DNA of 64,000 nt from Tubiluchus corallicola (lineage: Eukaryota; Animalia; Priapulida): assembly GCA_030141605.1 (NCBI GenBank), contig JAQGDQ010000572.1:1-64000 (forward strand), read 5' to 3'. The translations under genes and the position numbers were made by a program. Positions 27,601-40,600 of the stretch are shown here, in pieces. Numbering within the stretch: the first letter of the stretch is position 1; each line of letters starts with the position of its first letter. The notes under the pieces were generated by a model. The model saw only the letters and a program-made list of their open reading frames with translations. It ran no database searches and was not told the origin of the DNA.

Positions 27601-30600
27601 TTTCGGCAAAGTGTTTGACTGGTTGAAAATTAACTCTAATGTTGACTGTACACACATCTCATACGCAGACTGGTAGACAAATGTCTTTATGATATTCACT
27701 GGCTTACCTGACATTATCCGTTAATGAGGTAATGTTTATACTTTTTTGCTACAATTTGCACGGTTGATCCTTAGCCCCCAAAATAAAAACATGCTTTTCA
27801 GATTACATAACATTGTCATAACTAGGAGACTGTAGCCATTAGCAATAGTTACCAGTTTAAATCGCATTGTTTACAATTCAGGGGCAGAATTATTCGAAAA
27901 ATTCTCAAGTCAGCTATCAAATTACCTGAAAAAATTTAATAACTTGAGTTTTTCTTTGGGATTTGGCACATTAACATTTTAATAGCTGTGTACACTTTTG
28001 GTAACGCATGCAGTTAAGTTGTTGAAAGGAGGACAAAAAGGCGCAAGCAGAATGAAATTGTTTCCGGTTGTTTAAGACGATTGAATTCAAAGTATTTGTC
28101 CAAGGGATTATTTGTAAAGCCGCTTCAGAAATTAAACACCTTTCTTTGCACTACTTACAAACTAGACAAATATCTGAGACAAGCGTGTTACAAATCGCAT
28201 CTTATGTAAAGGGTTCCTTCAGGGCTGTGTCTTTGGCCCTATTCAGTTTCTTTTTAATATCAGTATGAAGTCACTGTGCCCTTCATTTTTTGTTAACGAG
28301 TCTCTTGTTGCCGTGCTTCTGTACTGTAATTGTATGAACTGCCATGTTTGACTGTTTCTGGGTTAAATGAATCATTACAACTGTTCCTTCAGGGCTGTGT
28401 CTTTACCCCTATTCAATTTCTTTTTAATATCAGTATGAAGTGACTGTGCCCTTCATTTTTTAACGAATCTCTTGCTGCCCTGCTTGTGAAGCGTAAATGT
28501 ATGAACTGCCATGTTTCACTGTATCTGGGTTAAATGAATCATTACAACTTTACAACTGTAATACTGCGCCAACTTCGCCCAAAGTCTTCCAGTGCCAGCC
28601 CCTTAGACAGGAGTAGGTGTCCTCCTCCTCCGCTTTACTATATGGCAAACACCCGTACGCACGGAGAATATTTGATTAACAAACGTGTATTTTTCTCGAG
28701 CCGCAAACTCTGTCGAGTGTTCAGTGTAGCCGCCGGAGGTACTGTAGACCGACTCGTGGGAATGCCCCGAAGTTGTGCTTGTAACAGCAAGATCATTTGT
28801 TGATACCGGGTTTAATACTTGCGGCTGTTACCATCTGAAAATCTCATTGCAAAATGAGAAAAATGCCAAAATGTTGCTTGTTTTTATTCCAAGGTTTAGT
28901 TCCAAGATTTGGCAATATGGCTTAGAAAAAATTGCAGTGCACTGCTAAATCCTTGAATCGGGATTGCTAAAAGCATATAGATAATTATAAAAGGCTCTCG
29001 GGTACCAAACAGTCATAAAATTGCATATGAAAGTACTATAATTTTGTCTGGCTAATGTGGGTGTTGCTGTGCACATGGTTGTAAATACGTTAGATGCTGC
29101 TTGGAAACTAAGACATTTCGGAAACATTTCTGTAACACCAATGTCTTCGACATAAGAGACTTGATATTTATATATATATATATATATATATATAATCTTT
29201 CTTTACCATTAAAATACATTTATAATCACTGATAAAAACTTTACAGAGATGATCAATCAGTGTTAGTTAATAAAAACTTACACTGTTAAAGGCAAATGCG
29301 TCAGTGCAATCCAAACTACTGTGTAGTAATGGAAAGTAACGACGAATAAAATCAAACGTATCTACAACTATGCACAAAAAAATGAAAAAATTATGATTTA
29401 ATTAATATGGCCGTGGATATATGAATTCTGAATTAGTGTGTATGTTGTCGTACTGGTGTGATGGTATTTCACATCTGGTTAATATTAGTGATTTTAATTT
29501 TGTTTTAAATGCTGATAGGGACTTGATTTGTTTATAAGTAGTATATAAAAGTAGTTAAATCTACGCGTGATTTGTGGAACTGTTGTAAGTTGCTTACCTA
29601 TGCCGTACCTAATTATGCCGCCATTTTGTAGTTATTCAGACGATAATTAATGAGTTTTCGCCCCAGCCATTTTTCTTTTATAGTTCTCGTGATCTCTCTT
29701 TGGCCGTCTTCATTTTCAGAGAAATGGTTGCTTCAGACCACGACTCAAATGATAAACGCAGCAGAGCTTTGTGTGGTATCTTAGCCCTATAGTCCATGGC
29801 ATTGTTTAGCCCTATAGTCCATGGCATTGTTTAGCCCTATAGTCCATGGCATTGTTTAGCCCTATAGTCCATGGCATTGTTTAGCCCTATAGTCCATGGC
29901 ATTGTGTAGCCCTATAGTCCATGGCATTGTGTAGCCCTATAGTCCATGGCAGTGTTTAGCCCTATAGTCCATGGCATTGTTTAGCCCTATAGTCCATGGC
30001 ATTGTGTAGCCCTATAGTCCATGGCATTGTGTAGCCCTATAGTCCATGGCATTGTTTAGCCCTATAGTCCATGGCATTGTGTAGCCCTATAGTCCATGGC
30101 ATTGTGTAGCCCTATAGTCCATGGCATTGTGAAAGATGAAATTTCCGCGAATGTTCACAGTAAATTAAAAGCGCTGACGGTTTTCTGCACTTGACGCACA
30201 TGGCTAAAGTCAATTTTATGCAACACATGACAAATTGTTCTCAAATGATAGTTATTAGCGAAGAGGTGTAAAGGAGCAATTTTCACTGCTGCTCGTCGCC
30301 CGAGGTGTGACATATTCTGCACTGACCACAGGGGGCTGAGTCAGTAACAAACGCAGGCTGGTGGATTTTTCCCCCTCTGGCTGAGTTGTTCCCACAAACT
30401 TTCCATAACGTCATCGCCAATACGATTGGCTGCTGTCGGGTTTGTTTTCTTTCACCGAATCACAGTGTCCTGAAATGTTCATTTTTTTCTGAGCCCCAAT
30501 TAAGTCTGTTCAGCTTTGTTTCTTGATGTTCCATATTGCCAGGCAAATGTCGCCGCGCGTCCTTCGCTACGCTAATGGTGGCAAATAAACGAGCACTTAT

Positions 30601-33600
30601 TATGCGCGCGCATTAAGACGTCATCAGTTACGTTTTTCAAACTGCAGACGGTTTGACAGTTTAAGCAAATAAACGAAAACTGAACAGAATAAATGCAGAT
30701 AATGACTGATATACAGTAGGATTAATGCATGTTTGAATGCCACGTTTATTTTAACTGCAGACGCTTGCCTTCTCAGAACTTTGCCACCAGCATATATCTG
30801 GCGAGATTAGACCGCGGCACATTTCTATAGGGTTGCTTGTTGACAGTCTGTTCTTACGAAGTATTAAACTCCAAAGGAAATGACTTTCATGCTACATCAC
30901 AGAACGACAACGTCTCAAACTTTCATACATTGTAGCTAATGATTTAATGTAATGTCTCGATTCTTTCTTGACTTCATTTGTTAGCATAATTTTAAACTCA
31001 TAGTTATGGTGTCAATTTGAACTTAAGGGACGTATATTTGAGTATTTCTCCCGGGCTAGTGTCCGGTTTGTGGTTAAAGTCGTTTTGATGTGTTTGATAT
31101 TTTAATAATTTCATTTGACTTGGTATACTTTTCTCAATTTAAATATTTAAATAGTATTTCTACAGACTTGTCTTCTTTTGCTTCCCTCGTGACGTCAGAA
31201 TTCCCATCCTAATCGCGAATAACTTAAGTACTCTAGCGGTACTAATGCTACCCTCCCTCGAAAAACCTTTAGAGGGCTCATGAAAAATCTCATTGCCACA
31301 AAAAGTGCAACCTTGTGAGGACAGAAAGGACTGTGGCAGCAAAAACTGTATTCCTAAAGCGTAGATGGCGTCGTTGTTGTGTCATCATTCATCCTCTTGC
31401 TGTCAAGACGCAGTTTGTTATCACTTGTGAGTTCAATTCCTAAAGCGTAGGTGGCGTCGTTGTTGTGTCATCATTCATCCTCTTGCTATCAAGACGCAGT
31501 TTGATATCACTTGTGAGTTCAATTCCTAAAGCGTAGATGGCGTCGTTGTTGTGTCATCATTCATCCTCTTGCTATCAAGACGCAGTTTGTTATCACTTGT
31601 GAGTTCATTTCCTAAAGCGTAGATGGCGTCGTTGTTGTGTCATCATTCATCCTCTTGCTGTCAAGACGCAGTTTGTTATCACTTGTGAGTTCAATTCCTA
31701 AAGCGTAGATGGCGTCGTTGTTGTGTCATCATTCATCCTCTTGCTGTCAAGACGCAGTTTGTTATCACTTGTGAGTTCATTTCCTAAAACGTAGATGGCG
31801 TCGTTGTTGTGTCATCATTCATCCTCTTGCTATCAAGACGCAGTTTGATATCACTTGTGAGTTCAATTCCTAAAGCGTAGATGGCGTCGTTGTTGTGTCA
31901 TCATTCATCCTCTTGCTGTCAAGACGCAGTCTGTTATCACTTGTGAGTTCATTTCCTAAAGCGTAGATGGCGTCGTTGTTGTGTCATCATTCATCCTCTT
32001 GCTATCGAGACGCAGTTTCTTATCACTTGTGAGTTCATCCTAGTAGAAAATTCATGGCCTTGTTATTTACTGCACCTGTTAATTGTTCAACTAATTTCTG
32101 CATGTCGATCAGCGGGGGGTTTTGCCTCACAAACTTGACACGATGTTGTTTTATCATCAGCGGACCGTACATGTCCCCGGGGCAAGCAGTACACGGGCCA
32201 ATGATTACTGGCAGCGGACCCAGGCGGCTCATGGGCAGCCGGCAGTCAACAGGCTATTCCCGTGTGAAAGTTTAGCTCCAAGACGATGCGTAATGATGAG
32301 ATCTGAGTTGATCGTTGAGAGAGAGAAAAGGAGAGGCCACGTAGTCAAGGTGCATGCCCAGAGGCGCTCGCACTTGCTCAATACACTTAATAACATATCT
32401 AAAGCATGGCTATTACCCTGGTGTAGTATAGTAGTTGTAGCGAGGGTGTACACTGGGTTACAATTGGCAGTTAGTTATCCTCTTGTTATTGGCGTCAACA
32501 CTTTTATTGGGAAATGGTCGTTCGTGTCCGTGCGTAGGTGTATTTTTCAATAATTCGTGTAATTACTAGCAGAAAATTTTGCATATAAATACACTTATAA
32601 TCACTAATACGTGAACATCCTACATAGTACTCATTTATAACGCAAAGCCAGCAGCAGCAGCTTTTACTGAATTAAAGTTATAAGGTTATAAGCAGAGTAT
32701 AATGGATGACGTCAGGACAATGGCTTTGCGTCAGCAGTTTTCCAAGCGAAAATTGCCAAAAATAGAACATCTAATTAACTCGTCGATACTCCTCTCAGTG
32801 AACGTGTCCTAAAATATAGCCCACATCATCGTGTAGCCCTGTTCTTCCTCTTTCTAAAGAGCTATATATCTCCTTCCGAGAGTCACACCAGGCGCCGCTA
32901 GAACGTTTTTTTTCTGCAAGTTATTTAATCAAAATTTCGAAAAAAATCGGGAGTTTGTTCCGGGAAGACGCCCGTTGACGGGACGCGATGGCCCACCTGC
33001 GAAATCTAGATATGCCTACTACACCCACCGCTGAACCATCTGTCCATAGCCAGCACCACCATCGGCCCGTTCCCGTTCTGCCAGCGTTACTACTACAAGT
33101 TGGCCAACTGTACCGCCTCCTTGTGGTTTCTGGCGTGGACGTCCAACGATCTCTAACATTCTTGGCACTCGCTTTTGTGCAAACAGTACAGCAATTTAGC
33201 AGACAGTGCAGAGATAGCAGTATTTACGCGCGCGACCGTGTGAGTCGTGATTTCGGCAGGCCCCACGGTACCTGCAGAAGACCTTATCATCCATGAGACG
33301 TGTCAATAAAATCTGCTCTGATAAACTTATTTGCGGAAAGCTCATTTTTCCCATGTCACATATCGCTGTTTTGGTTACCACTGCGGGTGCTCTTACCTTG
33401 ATACTGACCCAGATAATGCAAACCTCGTCTGTCTGTCACTACATGATTTTGTGAAGTATTTAAAGGAGAAAGGGCAGGTTGTTTAGCATCTTGGATCTTT
33501 TTTTAATTTTATCACTTAAACTTAGAAAAATGTAACCGATAAATTTGTAAAAAAGCTGTCTATAAGCATAAGGTTCATTTTTACTACCTCTGAATAGAAA

Positions 33601-36600
33601 TTTTCAGGCCACCATTCACTTGAAAATGATGACGTAGCTGGTGGACTTTGCAATTTTTCGTAAACGCAAACTATTTAAACTAGTTCAAGCTTCTGCAGTT
33701 TACCTAATGTTCGTGCGCAAAATGTAACAAAATTAGCTGCTAATTTTTTGTAAAAACTTTTAGCTTTCACGAAAATTAACAGCTTCTACTTTTCTTCAGT
33801 CGGTGCGCGACGTCACTGGTGGAAAAATGGGCTTCAAAATTCAAGCGGCCAGGCATGAAATGATCGCGATTTTCAATTGATTTTGCTAACTAAACGAGGC
33901 ACTTATCACACTTGTATTACTAAATCCTTTTAAAATTTTTCGCAAACATTGAAATAAGACTAACTTTGCCCAAACCTTGGCGTATGTTATTAATACTTTA
34001 ATCTACACTCGACGCACGTGCCATTTTCGAAACACGGTAGTTACTATGTCTGTTTTGTTGCTTCCATTTTGATGTCCATTTTTCCACCAGTGACGTGGTT
34101 CATCAAAAGTGCAACAAGTTTTTTGCAAAAATCTAGACAGCTAATTTTGTGATATTTTTGCAAGAATGGCAGAAGTTCGAATTAGTTTAAGCAGCGCCCT
34201 TTTTGAAAGGCCTCGAAAAGTCAAATTTTATGGTTTATAGACAATTTTTGCAGATTTCTTTGTCACATTATTCTAAGTTTAAGTGACAATATGAAAATAA
34301 AACCAAGCTGCTAAATGGCTTGTCCTTTTCCTTTAACTTACATTATTCTAAGTTTAAGTGACAATATGAAAATAAAACCAAGCTGCTAAATGGCGTGTCC
34401 TTTTCCTTTAACTTACATTTTTCTAAGTTTAAGTGACAATATGAAAACAAAACCAAGCTGCTAAATGGCGTGTCCTTTTCCTTTAACTTACATTTTTCTA
34501 AGTTTAAGTGACAATATGAAAACAAAACCAAGCTCCCAAATGACGTATCCTTTTCCTTTAACTTGTCACACTATTTTGCTTGCAAAAGTGAATGCAAATC
34601 CCATTAAAGCTCTAACTTTCATTTTCTTCTCGGCTTAGAGTTGACTGCGCAACTATTGATTTTTGCTACCGGGTTATTTGTAGACTTAACACTTGCCCTG
34701 GGCACGCACGCCAGGGCAAATATCTACAATCTATTGTGCAGCGTTCAATGAGCAGCTACATAGACGTACAATTTAACGTCAAACCCGATAATAAAACTTA
34801 GCAATAAATGCAGAGGGAAAATTTTGTTGTGGATTTTTAATTGTAGTATTGCTTTTCCGGTTCTAGTCTGCTTTAACCCTTTCGCTTGTCCGGTAGTCAT
34901 TAAAAGGGAATAAAAGTTTAAAGTCCCGAAGGAATGTCAAAGATTCCCACACGCTTCTTGGCGTGCCTCTCACCTTGAGAGATAATTTTATGACCTTGGG
35001 GACTTGTATTCGTTAGCTAGGTCGATAGCGTCGTTCCATGCATGGTCCCTGTGACCTTTCCTTGCAGTTTCCTGTCATTATTACAACTATGTTCTGTGCT
35101 CGAGATGCTAGGTCGATAGCGTCGTTCCATGCATGGTCCCAGTGACCTTTCCTTGCAGTTTTGTGGCATTATTACAACTATGTTCTGTGCTCGAGATGCA
35201 AAGTCGATAGTGTCGTTCCATGCATGGTCCCAGTGACCTTTCCTTGCAGTTTCCTGTCATTATTACAACTATGTTCTGTGCTCGAGATGCAAAGTCGATA
35301 GTGTCGTTCCATGCATGGTCCCAGTGACCTTTCCTTGCAGTTTCCTGTCATTATTACAACTATGTTCTGTGCTCGAGATGCTAGGTCGATAGTGTCGTTC
35401 CATGCATGGTCCCAGTGACCTTTCCTTGCAGTTTCGTGTCATTATTACAACTATGTTCTGTGCTCGAGATGCTAGGTCGATAGTGTCGTTCCATGCATGG
35501 TCCCTGTGACCTTTCCTTGCAGTTTCGTGTCATTATTACAACTATGTTCTGTGCTCGAGATGCTAGGTCGATAGCGTCGTTCCATGCATGGTCCCAGTGA
35601 CCTTTCCTTGCAGTTTCGTGTCATTATTACAACTATGTTCTGTGCTCGAGATGCTAGGTCGATAGTGTCGTTCCATGCATGGTCCCAGTGACCTTTCCTT
35701 GCAGTTTTGTGTCATTATTACAACTATGTTCTGTGCTCGAGATGCAAAGTCGATAGTGTCGTTCCATGCATGGTCCCTGTGACCTTTCCTTGCAGTTTCG
35801 TGTCATTATTACAACTATGTTCTGTGCTCGAGATGCAAAGTCGATAGTGTCGTTCCATGCATGGTCCCTGTGACCTTTCCTTGCAGTTTCCTGTCATTAT
35901 TACAACTATGTTCTGTGCTCGAGATGCTAGGACGATAGTGTCGTTCCATGCATGGTCCCAGTGACCTTTCCTTGCAGTTTCCTGTCATTATTACAAGAAT
36001 GTTCTGTGCTCGAGATGCTAGGTCGATAGTGTCGTTCCATGCATGGTCCCTGTGACCTTTCTTTGCAGTTTCCTGTCATTATTACAACTGTGTTCTGTGC
36101 TCGAGATGCAAAGTAAGCTTTCTTTGTTTTTTTAACTAACAATGGAGGAAAACGAGAGCTTCTAAAATAACAAACAGCAGCGGCAAGCAATGCTCAGTTT
36201 TGTGGCATTTAGAATTGTTGGTTGATAGCTGAAATGGCTAGAACGTGTGGCCTGAATTCACAAGGTTCTGGGTTCGAATCCTCGTTGACTCACAGTTTTT
36301 CAGGGCCTGCTAAAATTCGTCTGTTTGGTTGCATTTCTTTTCTCTGTTTGTATAAATTTTGCATAAATTTTTCTATTGTAATGATTACGATGTGGAGGCA
36401 TGTGGGTCGTTGATGTGATTATGAATTGTACCGAATACCTTCGATTACTGATTACTGATCGTGCATGTTTGATTACTGATTTCTCATTGAATGTTAATTA
36501 ATGTTTAATTGACATGTACCAGTCTCTATTCTTCTTGTTTGATAGCGTTTAGAATGCTTAGAACTTCAACAAATCGACTTTCTTGACTTTGTTAAACATC

Positions 36601-37609
36601 GTTTCTAAATCTACTAGCAAGTTCAACGTGAACTTTTCCTTTCTCAAAACCTGAGCGTCTCTCCTTGCATTTAGCACGGTATGTTTGCTGTAATTTCACC
36701 AGCTAAAGTAGCAGTTTTTACCTGCACGTTTGTAAGCCGGCTGAAATCTGTGTTGAACAATAATAAACGGGCTGTTGACTTTGTCATGGGGTGATTGTGT
36801 GCAGCCGGAAACCCCGTGTTTGCTCCTCGACTCTCCGCGCGCCGGTATCTCCTCTCATTCTTTATCCGCGGGGACAAAAAACTCCCTGTTTTCTGCTTTG
36901 TCGCCTCCTCCTCCTCCCGTACCATCTCTTGTCTTGACAATAAACACGTTGTTGTTCAGCTGTTTGTACAACTGAGATACAGTTACGTTCTTCGAATAAG
37001 TGCCAAAACCATTTCTAATTTTTCATGCAGAAAAAACTAACCTGTTCTTATCATCATTCATATTTTTGCGTGAAATTCGGTGTCTGTGCGACCGACATTA
37101 TAATTTCTGCTAGAAATTTTCAGCGAAACATTACTATAAATTGATTATTCAGTCTTAAAAACGATCCAAACTTAACAGTATCAAGGGGCCCGTAATTGCT
37201 CGCTATTGTGGTCTCGTGGCGGCACCTACTGGCGGTTTTTCTAACGAAAAATTTGGTAGAAAAATATGATTGCCCTTTGCAAAGGTATACGGAGTGTTTA
37301 TTAAATTATTGTTTTCGACTCACGACAGAATTAGTTAAAAGTTTTAGTTAAAGTTTTGTCTATTATAGGATATTACATACTGGTCAGCACAGGTCATTTG
37401 CAAGTACAATAGGATTTATTCATCGTTTAGCGCAATGCAGCAAAATGCATGTTATACGATTACAAATTAACAATGCACTGCAGTACTATGAGCTTAGCAG
37501 AAGATAATAACCAAGAAGCTATGCTCAACGTGGATAAGACTTAATTATGACATGAACAACAAAAAATTTGTTAAATGGTGCAAGCTAAATGCATGCGAGA
37601 AGACGATAA

Positions 37610-37641
<32 letters not shown>

Positions 37642-40600
37642 TTGTTGATGATGATGACGATGATGATGATGTTGATGATGATGACGATGACGATGGTGGT
37701 GATGGGTGATGATGATGATGATGCTGATGCTGGTGATGATGGTGATGACGATGACGACGACGCTGCTGCTGCTGATGATGATGATTCTGTATAACATTCT
37801 ATATTGAGTTGGTAAAAATTGATGATGATGATGATGATGACGGTGGTGATGGTGATGATGATGATTGTGGTGGTGCTGGTGATGGTGATGATGACAACGG
37901 TTGTGATAATAATGCTGATGACAGCAGTAGTGATGATGACAATGATAGTGAGTGGATGCTAATGATGATGATGTGCCAGGATTCATAATTTATACCAAGT
38001 TAGGCATTTTTGTAGTGTTATGAAAATAATATGGAAATATTAAACTATGTAAAATGTGTAAGGATGTCTTATTTTAAATTACAGAAATTGATTAATCAGG
38101 CCTATACGACTCAAGTATCGATTTTTTTAAATTTATGTTTTGATATGTGTTCTGATTTAGCACTTTTTGTTTCTGTGCTATTTTAGTGGTCTAACCATTT
38201 ATTATTATTGATTATTTATTAATAATAATTAATTATTTTGAACATAACAGCTTGCTAAGTATGTTTCTTTTTTACTTTCTAGCTGTCACGACGGATGGAA
38301 AGGGGAGTTGTGCGATGAGTGCAGGACGTATCCGGGGTGCAAGCACGGGGTTTGCACCACCCCCTACCAATGTGAATGCTTGACCAACTGGGGTGGACAG
38401 TTGTGCAACAAAGGTACATCATTTAGTCACTATTACAGGTCTACATAAACGCATGAGAATAGTTTTTCCCGTTTCCAGAGTGGTGCTGTTGAAGAATATG
38501 AGGTTGCAGTATGGGAAATCTTTAGTAGTTCATTCGTGATGTTCTGACTTTGTGTTTAGATTTGAACTACTGCGGTACTCACAGTCCGTGCATGTGAGGT
38601 TGCAGTATGGGAAATCTTTAGTAGTTCATTCGTGATGTTCCGACTTTGTGTTTACTCACAGTCCGTGCATGTGAGGTTGCAGTATGGGAAATCTTTAGTA
38701 GTTCATTCGTGATGTTCTGATTTTGTATTTAGATTTGAACTACTGCGGTACGCACAGTCCGTGCAAAAACGGTGCAACGTGTATCAACACGGAACCGGAC
38801 GAATACCGGTGTGAATGTAGGCACGGTTTCAGCGGACGAGATTGCGAAGTTGGTAAGTCTTCTGATATATCTTGAACAAAATAGAATATAGAATATTGAT
38901 ATTAACTCGCAAAAAGCAAAACAAAATTATCTATGCTGCTCCGTATGCTAAACTCTCGTTCATAATAGTTCGCCTCATTCCACTAGGCCTCGAGTAGGGG
39001 GGAATAACTTGGGGTCATCGTATATCCTTAATGCACAAGTTGAGCAACACCAAACCTGGTTAGAAACCTGATGTGCGACCATTGGGGAATACTTCTACGC
39101 AGTTTCTCTCGACAACTATCCGTGACTATTTACGTTGTGCATACAATAGATAGGTGTTTTGATCTAGTACCTCATCTTAGTGAATTATCCTCTCTAATGG
39201 CCTAAGTTCCAGTCGTGCCACACCGCAAAAACACTGACAGTAGTTTGCCTAGCCCAGAGAGCTGTAAAACTGAAATTGACAGTTGCTCGTACAACTACCT
39301 CTCCACTATTTGTAGCAATATTTATTTGCCCATTCATAATGTTTTTGAAAATCAACAATAGCAACATTAAAGCTCAAGAAAACACTCTTCATAAATAAAA
39401 CTCACTTTCATGCTGTCTTACTGTATACAGAGCTTGTGTCAGCAGTAACGCTGTCTAAAACTAGTAAATTTTAACTCATGTGCTCATCGTTGAAACACAA
39501 CAAAATCTTCCACTTACATAAAGCTTAAAAATTCGTTTGGAAATTTTTTATCACTTACATACTACCTTTTCGCATGCATGGTTTGCATCGGCCGTAACTC
39601 TGTATAAAACGTGTAAATTTAAACTCCCGCGATGACCGTTAGGCGCAGCCATTTTAATGGCAGGTCGTTTTGAAACAAGTTTAGATAACATTAAGTAAAG
39701 TTTGAAATAATAATCAGAGCATTCGTAGCATACATGTTGCTAATTAAGTAAAATTTGAAATTACTGAATCTTGTCAATAAGAGTAAAAATACGTTTTTTG
39801 CTAGTGAGTGGTGCACCCTGGTGGGTGAGTCAGTGACATTTTACCAATTGGCACAAACATTTTAAATTATTAGTCCAGTTACATACGTCTTTCCAGCAGT
39901 AAGCAAAATGCTAAGTAATATAGATTTACATGGAAAGTTTTTTGGCTCATAATTTAACATTGCCTTTTCTTCCCCTGATTTACGTGGTGTAGTTACGTCA
40001 TGTAATGGTGCCATCGGAACAGTAGTGCGGGAGATTTAAAATGAAAACATACGAAAATTCCTTTCAACTCGCGTTCCTTTCAATGCGTTATGTGCATAAA
40101 ATTGCTGTAAAGTAATATAATTTTTTAAGGCGATTTTTCTGAAACTACTTCAGGTACCCCTTTTCTTGTCCTTTAAGCAGAACCATTTTGACATTAGTGG
40201 TTTGAAACAAGTTTGTGTAATAACATTGCGTATTGTTTGAAACAATGATCAGAGCATATGTAGCATTTTTTGCTAACTAAGCAAAAATATAAATTACTTT
40301 ACGTTGCCGTATGATCAATAATGTGTTTTTTGTGAGTCAGTGGTGCACACTGGGTTGACAATGCAGTGACATTTTTTTAATATTTTAAATTATTGACAGT
40401 TTTCTTTTCCTGTTGCGCGAGTTTTTCAAACGGGTGAGTATAATGCTAAGTAATCACGGATGAGAATTATACGTGGAATTCCGAGTTTTTGGAAGACCAG
40501 TAGTGCCATTTTTGTAAATCGCGTAAATTCGTTGAGAAAATGTTTATGGACCCAGTACATTATTTCACAAGCTGACCGCTAGTTGGCAGGCCGTCACTTT

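Noticed and set aside
32035-33381. Several 60-143 aa ORFs in a GC-richer intron stretch
   Set aside because: No recognisable domain or exon structure; may be regulatory but nothing supports a call
36219-36291. Functional tRNA gene
   Set aside because: A and B boxes are present but the acceptor and anticodon stems pair poorly; more likely a SINE head
37552-37986. His-rich and Asp-rich ORFs
   Set aside because: Trinucleotide low-complexity intron sequence
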